DNA from: the human T2T-CHM13v2.0 reference genome, Homo sapiens
Assembly (NCBI RefSeq): GCF_009914755.1
Contig: NC_060932.1
Length of the DNA stretch: 64,000 nucleotides
Reading direction: 5' to 3' (one strand)
The notes beneath the pieces were generated by a model that did not search any database, was not told the origin of the DNA, and saw only the letters and a program-made list of their open reading frames with translations. Every line of letters begins with the position of its first letter. Positions within the stretch are counted from its first letter, which is position 1. This document shows, piece by piece, positions 1 through 19,700 of this stretch. A program made the translations under genes and the position numbers.

Positions 1-377
1 AGATACTGGGTTTTTTAAAAATCAAAGGTTTGTGGCAACCCTGCATTAAGCATCTATCAGTGCCATTTTTCCAATAGCACATGCTCACTTTGTGTCTCTG
101 TGTCACATTTTGGAAATTCTCATAATATTTCAAACTTTTTCATTATTATATGGCTTCTATGGTGATCAGCAATCAGTGATCTTTGATGTTACTATTGTAA
201 TTGTTCTGAGGCACTGCACACCACCCTCATATAAGAAAGCAAACTTAATAGATATGTGTTGTGTGTGTTCTGATTGCCCTACTGACCAATCTTTCCTCCA
301 TCTCCTTGCTTCTCCTTGGGCCTTCCTGTTCCCTGAGACACAACAGTATTGAAATTAGGCCACTTAATAACCATACA

Positions 378-2292
<1,915 letters not shown>

Positions 2293-3139
2293 AAGGATGA
2301 GGAGTTGCTTCTTACGGATGAGAAGAAAAAGTGGTTTCTTGAGATGAATCTACTGGTGAAGATGCTGTAAACATCATTGAAATGAAAACAAAGGATTTCG
2401 AATCTTATATAAAGTTAGTGGATAACTCACAGCAGAGTTTGAGAGGACTTACTCCAATTTTGAAAGAAGTTCTATTGTGTATAAAATGCTATCAAGCAGC
2501 ATTGCATGCTACAGAGAAATCTTTCATGAAAGGAAGAGTCAATCAATGTGGCCAACTTCATTGTTGTCTTATTTTAACAAATTGCCACAACATCCCAATC
2601 TCCAGCAACCCCCCTCCTGATGAGTCAGCAGCCACCAACCCTGAGGTGTAACCCTCCACTAACAAGAAGATTATGACTTATTGAAGGCTCAGATTGTTGT
2701 TAGCATTTTTTAAGAGTAAAATATTTTTAAATTAAGGTATGTACTCTTTTTTAAGACATAATGCTATTGCACACTTAATAGACCACAGTATAGTGTAAAC
2801 TTTTATATGCACAGGGAAACCAAGAAGTTTGTGTGACTTACTTTATTGTGATATTTGCTTTATCGTGGTGGTCTGGCATTGAACCTGCAATATCTCTAAA
2901 GTATGCCTATATTTATAATATATACATCAGTAAATAACGTATGAAGGTTACTTTTACTTTTCTGATATTCCTGCTAATTATGTAAGATTTTCTGTATTGA
3001 TGAAGAAATTTATTCTGTATGATAGATCCCTATGAAGGAGGAAAGCCTTGAATACTCTGATATATCTGTAATAAGTAGAAATGTTACTAAATTGAATAAA
3101 CCAGTAAGATAGTAATATAAAATTATGGTGCTTGCTAGA

Positions 3140-3720
3140 GACTCTTTGTATTGCAAACAGAAGAATATTTTAAGATGAAAACAAAAGCTATGTGACTTGA
3201 ACTGACTCTTCTCTTGTATTTAAAGGTGTGAACCATGAGTATTTATTTGACTAATTCTTTAGGACATCTCTTCTTTGAGAGGATTCTCTATCAGTTGATA
3301 ACTGGCTTGAAGCTGAAAAACAGGAATGTATTGACTTCGTATCTGAAAAGCTTAAGGTTTCAGACATAGTCTGATCCAGAGACTCGTGTAATGTCAATAA
3401 GATTATTTTTTCTTGCTCAGCTCTGCTATTCTCTTTATTGGCTTTATTTTGAGTGGGTTCTTCCCTCATGATAATAAAGTGGGTATTAGTAGTTCAGGTT
3501 TATGTCCTGTTTTCCCAGCAATTGAAGTGGAAGAGCATGCCTTTTTTCCCAATAGTTCCAATCAAAATGTAAAGATTGAGTTTTATTGATTCTGGTTGTT
3601 CTGCCTTCGGTCACATGCTCGTCCTTGGAACTAGTTTAGTGTCAGTCTTACCCAAACCATATGAACTGAGAATAAAGAAAGGGAAAAATCAGATTTCTGT
3701 TACTAGAAAGCGAGGGACTG
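3140..3720. mobile_element. Possible old ERVL-type LTR (LTR33/LTR16-like)
   Basis: Weak resemblance to recalled motifs only. Confidence 0.3.
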
Positions 3721-4874
3721 AAAATAAATGTTCATTACATTTCTTTTATTAATGTTAACATAGAGGGAGGTCCTACTTGTTCTCTGCCTTATATCACAGA
3801 TGAGGATTTCACATTTGACTGTCTCTCATCCTCGTGTACACATTTTCCCCTATATTACATATTTGGATTTGCTCACTAGTTTCTCTACAAGATCGTGGTT
3901 TATAACCAGAGATTTTCAGAAATATGAAATCCTTAAGTGGAGAATGCCTCCGTTTATAGCAGAAAAATTGTCCTATGCTGTTTAGGCACATGACTTGCCT
4001 TGGTGTGAAGGCATGTATTCTTACATCATCAAAATCCCCTGATATTGATATAAAATCAACTTTATAGAGCAGGACACATATTTTGTGTTCTCTTCACAAG
4101 GAACTTCTAATATTGGTGCCTCCTCAAAGAAAGAGAATTATGAAGCTGTGTGAATTATGTTAGAAATCATTTTTTTATTTGAAAATTAAGCTTCATTCAA
4201 TTGTGTGGTTCTGTTTAGTCTAGTGGATTTCTGAGTGTTCAAGGATGGTTAATATCTGCCAAGGGAGGCATAAGGGAATTGGTACATCATAACAATAGAA
4301 CAGGATGAAAGTTTTATATATCTTTCAATGAGGATGCAAGATCAACATACTCCATTTAAGAATATATTTGGAATTATTAAATGAAGTTTCATTGTGTTGC
4401 TGACTACCTTTCAGTAATTTATTTCTATAACAGTTTTTGCATTCCTAAAGACGAAAATTCTTTAACTTTGTCATAATATGAGATAGTCAAGATTTAGAAA
4501 ACCAAACCATAATTGAATTTTAATTTAAAAACTCTTATGGGGTTGATAGAAACTGAGCTAGATTCCTAATATATCAGCAAACCATAAATGTAGAGGAAAA
4601 AAAAACTCAGACTCCATCAGAAAAGCCAGGCACATAAACACATAAGCATATTTAATACAGAAACAATTCAAACATAATATAAAGGTTTAAACTTTATGTT
4701 TAAAACATTGGATTCTTAGAGTGGTATTCAATTCCATACTATGAAATAAAGCATAACATATCAGAACTATTTTTACTGCCTGAACTTTTAGAACTATTTA
4801 AGAGTCTAATAAGTCTTGGATGCAGCAAGTAGGAACCTCAGAAGGTTTGCTTTTCTTTATCAGAAGATTCGTTC

Positions 4875-5089
4875 TTTTTTTTTTTTTTTTTTTTTTGAGA
4901 TGAAGTCTTGCCCAGTGGCCCAGGCTGGAGGGCAGTGGTGTGATCTCAGCTCACTGCAACCTCCGCCTCCTAGGTTCAAGCAATTCTCCTCCTGAGTAGC
5001 TAGGATTACAGGTGTGCACCACCACCCCCAGCTAATTTTTGTATTTTTAGTAGAGACGGAGTTTCACCATGTTGGTCAGGCTGGTCTCG
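4875..5089 (-). mobile_element. AluS, 5'-truncated, with a small internal deletion
   Basis: Poly-T, right arm and part of left arm; TCGTTCTT repeated at both ends (TSD). Confidence 0.92.
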
Positions 5090-5631
5090 TTCTTCAGAAG
5101 TGGGTGAGTAGGCAAGCACACTTTTTCTCTCTTGACTCTTGCATAGAATTGACTTTTGGTTTAATCTGTCCAGTGCAAAAAATGGTCCTTAGCTTTTATT
5201 AATAAAAATCTCTACTTTGAAGAAATCTGGGCAACCTCTGGGTAAACTCCCTAAAAGAAATAAATCCATAACTGATACAAATTTCAGAAGACTGAAATTT
5301 TCATGAATGACAATTCTGATTTAGTAAAATGACATTTAGTAAATGAATACTGATTTAGTAAAAACCAAAAGAGTAACACCTTCACTCAGAAGCCCTGAGT
5401 TTCTGAGTCTGAAGCTATGAGTCTTGCATTGGGTTCTTTCTCATTAGATTTGTTTTTATACAACTTGTGTGTGTGTGTTTTTAATTATAATACTGGAGAC
5501 GTGTTGAGATCTGGACTATGAAGTATTCTAATAAATAATGTAGTATTGTTGTGTAAAATAATAATGTAGTACTGTTTTGTAAAAAATGATAATAAACATA
5601 AATTTTATTATCATTGCATCTGTAATAGTAG

Positions 5632-5982
5632 TGTATTAGTCTGTTCTCATACTGCCAGGAAGAAATACCCAAGACTGGGTAATTTATAAAGGAAAGAGGT
5701 TTAATTGACTCAGTTCTGCATGGCTGGGGAGGCCTCAGGAAACTTACAATCATGGCAGAAGGCACCTCTTCACAGGGTGGCAAGGAGAGAGAATGAGAGT
5801 GGATCTGAAGGTTTTCCTTTGAAAACCATCAGATCTCATGAGAACTCATTCACTATCACAAGAACAGTCTGTGGGAAACTGCCCCCATGATTCATTTATC
5901 TCCACCTGGTCCCACCCTTGACACATGGGGATTATTACAATTTAAGGTTAGATTTGGGTGGGGACACAGCCAAACCATATCA
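5632..5982 (-). mobile_element. THE1 (ERVL-MaLR) solo LTR, THE1C/D-like
   Basis: TG..CA ends (TGTATTAGT..CCAAACCATATCA); perfect 5-bp TSD AGTAG at 5627-5631 and 5983-5987. Confidence 0.93.
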
Positions 5983-6011
5983 AGTAGTTACTATTTTCAT
6001 CATTTTTAATC

Positions 6012-6192
6012 TGCCAGACATTATGGCACATTACTTTAACCTTCATAACAAACCTAAGAGATGAATATTTCCATCCTCATTTTACAGATTACATAATTGA
6101 GGCCTAGATAATTTAAGTGATTTACTCAAGATCACTTGGCTAATAAAGGTCAGAGCTAGGATACAGACTCAGATTTTCTGGACTCCAAAGTC
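6012..6192 (-). mobile_element. MIR
   Basis: Core CATTTTACAGAT..TGAGGCCTAGA..AAGTGATTTACTCAAGATCAC. Confidence 0.8.
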
Positions 6193-6211
6193 TTAAAAAG
6201 TTTGTATTATA

Positions 6212-10957
<4,746 letters not shown>

Positions 10958-11234
10958 TTTGTATTATAAAAAAATTAAGGCATGTGGTAAGATTTAAAAA
11001 ATGCAGAAGGGCACAAAATAAGAGAGAAATTTCCTCTTTTCCCCTCTCCTGTTTCTAGTTAAGAATTTTTCAAATGCGTATACTTTATATACATATATAT
11101 TTATGTATATATAAATGTGATAATGTACAGTACTGACCCTTGTAAAAATTGTTTATTTTTAATTTACATATGACAAAATTCACTCTTTTGGTATAGTATG
11201 AGTTTAAAATTTTTTCTTTATTTTACTATAAGAA

Positions 11235-13900
11235 TATACTTTTAAAAATTAATAGATGACTTTTCAGAGCAATTTTAGGTTTTTGGAAAACTGCGTAGAA
11301 GGTACAGAATTTCATATCTTTGTTTCCTTCCTTCCCCACTACTCCCACTCTACTTTTCCTATTATTAACATAGTGCACTAGTGTTGTACATTTATTACAA
11401 TTGATGAGGCCATATTTATACTTTATTATTAATAAACATAGACAGTTTACATTAGAGTTCATTTTTGCACTGTACATTTTATGAGTTTTGCCAAATGTGT
11501 AATTAAATATATACACAATTCTAGTATCACGCAGAATAGTTTTACTGTCCTAAATCCCCCTGTGCTTTATCTAGTTAGCTGTCTTATTCTCCCCCTGAAC
11601 CTTCAGCAGCCATTGATCTTTTATTTCTTCTATGTTGTTTTAAAAATTTCAGTAGTTTTTGGGGTAGAGATAGTTTTTGGTTACATGGATGAGTTCTATA
11701 ATGGTGAATTCTGAAATTTAATGCACCTGTCACCCAAGCAGTGTACACTGTACTGAATGTGTATTCTTTTGTTCCTCACCCCCCTTCCCAACCTCCCCCA
11801 ACAATTCCCCAAAGTCTATTTTATCACTCTATATGTCCTTGAGTCCTCATAGCTTAGGCTCCCACTTATAAGTGAGAACATATAGTATTTGGTTTTCCAT
11901 TTCAGAGTTACTTCACTTAGAATAATGGCCTCCAGCTCCATTCAAGTTGCTGCAAAAGACATTTCATTCCTTTTCATGGCTGAGTAGTATGCCTTGGTGT
12001 ATATATACCACATTTTTTTTTAATCTACTTGTTGGTCAATAGACTCTTAGGTTGGTTTCATATCTTTGCAATTGTGAATTGTGCTGCTATAGACTTGTGT
12101 GTGTATGTGTCTTCTTCATATAATGACTTCTTTCCTTTGGGTAGATACCCAGTAGTGGGATTGCTAGATAGAATGGTAGATCTATTTTTAGTTCCTTAAG
12201 GAATCTCCATACTGTTTCCCATAGAACCACTGATCTTTCCATTGTCTCTACAGGTTGGTCTTTGAAAAATATCATATAGTTGAAATTATACATTATGTAG
12301 CCTTTTCAGATTGGCTTCTTTCACTTAGCTATATGATTTAAAGTTATTTTATATCTTTTTGTGGCTTCATAGCCTAGTTTTAATTGCTGAATAATATTCC
12401 ATTGTCTAGATGTACCATAGTTTGTTTTTCCATTCACCTGTTGAAGGACATCCTAGTTAGTTCCAAGTTTTGACACCTATAAAGAGAAAGCTAATATAAA
12501 CATTTGTGTTCAGGTTTTTTGGTAGATGCAAGTTTTCAGCTCATTTGGGTAAATATCAAGGAGTGTGATTGCTCAATTATGTAATAAAAGTATACTTAGT
12601 TTTGTAAGAAACAGCTAGACTGTCTTTCAAAATGGCTGTACCATTTTGCATTCCCACCAGAAATGAATGAAAGTTCCTGTTGCTCCACATTCTTGTCAGC
12701 ATTTGGTGTTGTCAGTGTTTGGGGTTTTAGCTATTCTAATAGGGGTGTAGTGGTATTTCATTTTAAAAAAATTTCCAATTTTGTAAGGTCATATGGTATG
12801 GAATGTGTTCTCATATGCTTGTTCATAATCTGTACATCTTTGGTGATGTGTTTTTTCAGATCTTTGCCTAGTTTTAAATTGGATTTTAGTTTATCATTGT
12901 TGAGTATTAAGTTATTTTTGTATATTTGGATATTAATCCTTTATTCAATATGTTTTGCAAATATTTTATCCCAGTCTATGACTTATCACTCTTTGAATTG
13001 TGTCTTTTGTAGAGCAGAAGTTTTGAACATTAATGAAGTCCAATTTATTAATATTTTTTACAGATGATGCTTTGCTTTTGGTCTTATATCTAAAACATTA
13101 TCACCTATCCCAACATTACTTAGATTATTTTCTATGTTTTCTTCTAGCAATTTTATAGTTTTGCATTTTAAATTTAGGTCTATGACCCATTTTGAGTTAA
13201 TTTTTGTGAAATATGTAAAGTCTGTGTCTAGATTATTTTTTTAAAAATTATTTTGCTTGTGGATGTCCAGTTGTTCTAGAACCACTTGTTGAAAAGCCTC
13301 TTCTATCACCATTAAATTGCCTTTTATCCTTTGTCAGGGATCAGTTGGCTATATTTGTGTGGGTCTGTTTCTGGATCCTCTATCTTGTTCCATTCGTGTC
13401 TCTATTTATTCTTTTGTCAGTACTTCCTTGTCTTGATAACTGTAGCTTTATAGTAAGTCTTAAAGTCAGGTAGTGTCAATAAATTCTTCTCTTTTAATAT
13501 CGTGTTAGCTATTCTAGTACTTTTGCCTTTCCATATGAAATTTACAATCCGTTTGTTGATACCTACAAAATAGTTTTCTGGGATTTTGATTGTGATTGCA
13601 TTAAATCTATAAATTAAATTGGGACGAATTGACATCTTAATATTGAATCTTTCTATCCATGAACATGGAATAACTCTCCATTTGTTTAGTTCTTGTTTTA
13701 TTTCTTTCACAGGGTTTTGTAGTTTTCCTTACACAGATCTTATACTTTTTTTTTTCAGTTTATACCTAATTATTTCATTTTCTGGGGTGCTAATGTAAGT
13801 GATGTTGTGTTTTAAATTTCAATTTCTAATTATTTAAAAATTGCTGGTAAGTAGGAAAGCAATTGACTTTTGTATCTTGACCTTGTATGCTGCAAACTTG
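11235..13900 (-). mobile_element. Old L1 (L1MC-like) 3' portion, split by L1PB
   Basis: L1MC-type 3'UTR (GAGCAATTTTAGG..AGAAGGTACAGAA..ACAATTGATGAG); ORF 13417-13710 is ORF2-like ([14 protein letters not shown]). Confidence 0.85.
11622..12224 (-). mobile_element. L1PB (L1PB1-like) 3' end
   Basis: GGTTACATGGATGAGTTCTATAATGGTGAATTCTGA motif; degenerate TSD CCATTGATCTTT / CCACTGATCTTT. Confidence 0.85.
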
Positions 13901-14239
13901 GTTGGTTCATTCCTTTTTATTGCTGATTAGTATTCTATTGTATGGATAATATACAAGGTACGTCCTTCCAGTGCAATGACTTATGGGTTGATTGATTTTC
14001 TGTTGATTATTAATAAAACTACTATAAGTAGCATATATAGGTTTTTATGTCAATATACATTTTTTTAAAATTTTACTTTAAGTTCTGGGATACATGTGCT
14101 GAAAGTGCAAGTTTGTTACATAGGTATACATGTGCCATGGAGGTTTGCCGCACCTATCAATCTGTCATCTAGGTTTTAAGCTCCGCATGCATTGTGTATT
14201 TGTCCTAATGCTCTCCCTCCCCTTTCCGTTGATCCATGA

Positions 14240-14550
<311 letters not shown>

Positions 14551-14551
14551 A

Positions 14552-14730
14552 CTTTTTTTAATTATACTTTAAGTTCTGGGGTACATGTGCAGAACGTGCA
14601 GTTTTGTTACATAGGTATACACGTGCCATGGTGGTTTTCTGCACCCGTCAACCCATCACTGACATTAGGTATTTCTCCTAATGCTATCCCTCCCCTAGTC
14701 CCCTACCCCCGCACAGGCCTTGATGTGTGA
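14552..14730 (-). mobile_element. L1PA7-like 3' terminal segment
   Basis: TTATACTTTAAGTTCTGGGGTACATGTGCAG..ACATTAGGTATTTCTCCTAATGCTATCCC. Confidence 0.85.
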
Positions 14731-16709
14731 TGTTCCCTACCTGGTGTCCATGTGTTCTCATTGTTCAGCTCCTACTAATGAGTGAGAACATGTGGTGTTT
14801 GGTTTTCCCTTCCTGTGTTATTTTGCTGAGAATGATCGTTTCCAGCTTCATCCATGTCCCTGCAAAGGACATGAACTCATCTTTTTTTATGGCTGCATAG
14901 TATTTCATGGTGTATATGTGTCACATTTTCTTAATCCAGTCTGTCATTGATGGGCATTTGGGTTGATTCCAAGTCTTTGCTATTGTACATCGTGCTGCAA
15001 TAAACATACATGTGCATGTGTCTTTATAGTAGAATGATTTATAATCTTTGGGTGTATACCAAATAATGGGGTTGCTGGGTCAAATGGTATTTCTGGTTCT
15101 ATATCCTTGAGGAATCACCACATGGTTTTCCACAATGGTTGAACTAATGTACACTCCTACCAACAGTGTAAAAGAGTTCCTATTTCTCTGCATCCTTGCC
15201 AGCATCTGTAGTTTCCAGACTTTTTAATAATTGTCATTCTAACTGGCGTGAGATGGTATCTCATTGTGGTTTTGATTTGCATTTCTCTAATGACCAGTGA
15301 TGATAAGCTTTTTTTTTCATATGTTTATTGGCCACATAAATGTCTTCTTTTGAGAAGTGTCTGTTCATATCCTTCACCCACTTTTTGATGTTTTTTTTTT
15401 CTTGTAAATTTGTTTAAGTTCCTTGTAGACTCTGGATATTAGACCTTTGTCAGGTGGAGAGATTGCAAAAATTTTCTCCCATTCTGTAGGTTGCTTGTTC
15501 ACTCTGATGATAATTTCTTTTGCTGAGCAGAAACTCTTTAGTTTAATTAGATCCCGTTTGTCAATTTTGGCTTCTGTTGCAATTGCTTTTGGTGTTTTAG
15601 TCATGAAATCTTCGCTTATGCCTATGTTCTTTACCTAGTCAGCTCTCTTATTCTTACAGAATGTTCTGAATGGTGTCGCCTAGGTTTCCTTCCAGGGTTT
15701 TTATAGTTTTAAGTTTTACATTTAAGTCTTTAGTCCATCTTGAGTTAATTTTTGTGTAATGTTTAAGGAAGGGGTCCAGTTCCAGTTTTCTGCATATGGC
15801 TAGCCAGTTTTCTCAGCACTATTTGTTAAATAAGGAATTATTTTCCCATTGCTTGTTTTTGTCAGATTTGTCAAAGATCAGATGGTTGTAGATGTGTGGT
15901 GTTATTTCTGAGGCCTCTGTTCTGTTCCATTGGTCTATATATCTGTTTTGGTACCAGTACTGTGCTGTTTTGGTTACTGTAGTCTTGTAGTGCAGTTTGA
16001 AGTCAGGCAGTGTGATGCCTCCAGCTTTGTTCTTTTTGCTTAGAATTGTCTTGGCTATATGGGCTTTTTTTTTGGTTTCATATGAAATTTAAAGTAGTTT
16101 TTTTCTAATTCCGTGAAGAAACTCAATGGTAGCTTGATGGGAATAGCATTGAATCTATATACTACTTTGGGCAGTATGGCCATTTTCACGATATTGATTC
16201 TTCCTGTCCATGAGCATTGAATGTTTTTCTATTTGTTTGTGTCCTCTTTTATTTCGTTGAGCAGTGGTTTGTAGTTCTCCTTGAAGAGGTCCTTCACGTC
16301 CCTTTAAGTTGTATTCCTAGGTATTTTATTTTCTTTATAGCAGTCATGAATAGGAGTTCACTCATGATTTGGCTCTCTGCTTGTCTGTTTTTGGTGTATA
16401 GAAATGCTTTTGATTTTTGCACATTTTTTTGTATCCTGAGACTTTTCTGAAGTTATTTATCAGCTTAAGGAGCTTTGGGGCTGAGACAATGGGGTTTTCT
16501 TAATATATAATCATGTCGTCTGCAAACAGAGACAATTTGACTTCCTCTCTTCCTATTTGAATACCCTTTATTTCTTCATCTTGCTTGATTTCTCCGGCCA
16601 GAACTTCCAATCCTATGTTGAATAGGAGTGGTAAGACAGGGCATCCTTGTCTTTTGCTAGTTTTCAAAGGGAATGCTTCCAGCTTTTGCCCATTCAGTAT
16701 GATATTGGC

Positions 16710-19700
16710 CTCTTTGTGTTGAGAACATTCAAAATTCATTCTTCTAGCTCTTTTTTAATATACAATAATTGTATCACACTATAGTGTTATAAACACTAGA
16801 ACTTATTCCAACTATCTAGCTGTACTTTTGAATCTGTTAACCAGTCTCTTAGTGATGTTGAGCATTTTTTCATATATCTGTAGCCCATTTGTGTATCTTT
16901 TTTTGAGCGATATCTATTCAGCTTATTTACCCATGTTTAAATTAGATTATTTGCTTTTTTTTTTAGTTGGCTATTGCGTTGTTTGAGTTCCTTTTATATT
17001 TTGGATATGAATTCCTTGTCAGATATATAGTTTGCAAATGTTTTCTTCCATTTTTCAGGTTGTTTCTTCAGTCTGTTGATTGTTTTCTTTGCTGTGCAGA
17101 CACTTTTTCATTTGAGGTAATCCCATTACTCTATTTTTGCTTTTGTTGCCTGTGCTTTTGAGGTCTCATTTATAAAATCTTTACACAGACCCAGACAAAA
17201 ATATTTTCCTTATGTTTTCTTCTACTATTTTTATAGTTTCAGGTATTTCATGTAAGTCTTTCATCCATTTAGATTTGATTTTTATATATCGTGAGAGATA
17301 GGGGTCTACTTTAATTTTTTTTGCATATGTATATCCAGTTTTCCCAGCACTATTTTTTGAAGAGGATGTTCATTCCCTAATAAATGTTCTTGGCACATTT
17401 GTAGAAACTCAGTTTACTGTAAATGCATGGACTTATATGTGGGCTGTCTATTCTGTTTGATTGGTCTGTGTTTCTGTTTTTATACCAATACCATGCTGTC
17501 TTTGTTACAATAGATTTGTAGCATATTTTGAGATCTGGTATGTGATTCCTCCAACTTTGGTCTTTTTGCTCAGCATTGCTTTGGCTATTCAGAGTCTTTT
17601 GTAGTTCCATTTAAATTTTAGAATTTTTTCAATTTCTACGAATAATGTTATTGGTATTTGCATAGGTATTGCATTGAAGCCGCAGATTGCTTTTGGTAGT
17701 ATGGTAATTTTCACAGTATTGAGTCTTCCAATTTATAAATATTGGATTTCTTCTCATTTTTTTGTGCCCTGTCAATTTCTTTCATCAGTGTTTTATAGAT
17801 TTTGTTGTCAAGATCTTTCACCTCCTTAATTACATTTATTCCTCGGTGGTTTATTTTATTTTTTTTAGTTATTGTAAATGGGATCGCCATCTTGATTTCT
17901 TTTTCCTCTAGTTTGTTGTTGGCATATAGAAATGCTACTGATTTTCATATGGTGATTTAGTGCCCTACAAATTTACTCAATTTGTCAGTTCTAAGAGTTT
18001 TGGTTGGAGCTTTTTTCCTTCATTTTTTCCTCTTTATTTTTTAATTTTAAAAACTTTTATCATTTCACCTTTTATTTTAGATTCAGGGGGTACATGTGTA
18101 GGTTTGTTACCTGGGTATAGTGTGTAATGCTGAGGTTTAGGGTGTGATTGATCTCATCACCCAGGTCCTGAGCATAATATCCAATAGTTAGTTTTTCAAC
18201 AGTTACTCCTCTCTTGCCACTCTAGTAGTCCCCAGTGTCTATTGTTGCCATCTTTATGTCCATGAGTACCTGATATTTAGTTTTCACTTATTATTTCACT
18301 TATAATATTACAAATATTATATGTAATATTTGATTTTTTGTTTCTGCATGCATTTGCTTAGGATAGTGGCCTCCAGCTGCATACACGTTGCTTCAAAGGA
18401 CATCATTTCATTATTTTTTATGGCTGTGTAGTATTCCGTGGTGTATATGACCACATTTTCTTTATCCAGTCCATTGTTGATAGGCACTTAGGTTGATTCC
18501 ACGTCTTTGCTATTGTGAATAGTGCTGCAATGAACATAAGAGTGAATGTGTCTTTTTGGTAGAATAATTTATTTTCTTTTGGATATATACCCAGTAATGG
18601 GACTGCTGGGGTTGAATGGTAGTTCTGTTTTAAGTTCCTTGAGGAATCTACAAACTGCTTTCCACAGTGGCTGAGCTAATTTACATTCCCACAACCAGTG
18701 TATCAGCATTGAATTTTTTTCTGAAGCCTCACCAGTATCTGTTGTTTTTTGACTTTTTAATGATAGGTATTCTGAGTGATGTGAGATGGTCTCATTGTCA
18801 TTTTTGATTTGCATTTCTCTGATGATTAGTGCTGTGGAACATTTTTTCATATGTTTGTTGGGGTGTAGCTTTTAGAGTTTTCTATATATAAGATCATGCC
18901 ATTTGTAAACAATTGACAATTTGACTCACTCCTTTCCAATTTGGATGGCATTTATTACTTTCTTTTGTCTAATTGCTGTGGCAAGCATATCCAATACTAT
19001 ATTGAATAGAAATAGTGAGACTAGACATCCTTGTCTTGTTCTAGATCTTACAAGAAAAGCTTTCAACTTTTCCCCTTTCAGTATAATGTTGGCTGTGGGT
19101 TTGTTATATATAGTCTTTAGAATGCTGAGATACACTCCTCCTATACCTAACTTGTTGAGAGTTTTATTATAAAGGATGTTGAATTTTATTAAATACTTCT
19201 GTGTCTATTGAGATGATCATGTGATTTTTGTCCTTCATTTTGTTGATAGGAAGTACCATGTTTATTGATTTGCATATATTGAACCAGCCTTGTGTTCCTG
19301 GGATAAATTCCACTTGATCATGACGAATGATCTTTTTAATGTGTCACCAAATTTGGTTTGCTAGTATTTTGCTGAGGATTTTGCATCTATCATCAGGGAT
19401 ATTGTCCTATAGTTTGTTGTTGTTGTGTCTTTATCTGGTCTTAGTATCAGGATAATGTTGGCCTCATAGAATGAGCTTAGAAAAATTGCCTCCTCTTCAA
19501 TTTTCTGGAAGAGTTTAAAAAGTCTTGGTATTAGTTCTTTAAATGTTTGGCAGAATTCTGCAGCGGATCAATTAGTTATTTGGCTTTTCTTTGTTGGGAG
19601 ACTGTTGATTACAGGTTTAATCTTCTTACTCATAATTGTTCTGTTCAGGCTTTCTATTTCTTCGTGGTTCAATCTTGGCAGTTTGTATGTGTCCAGAAAT

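Noticed and set aside
5315-5363. Repeated ATTTAGTAAA units
   Set aside because: Short local duplication in AT-rich DNA with no evidence of function.
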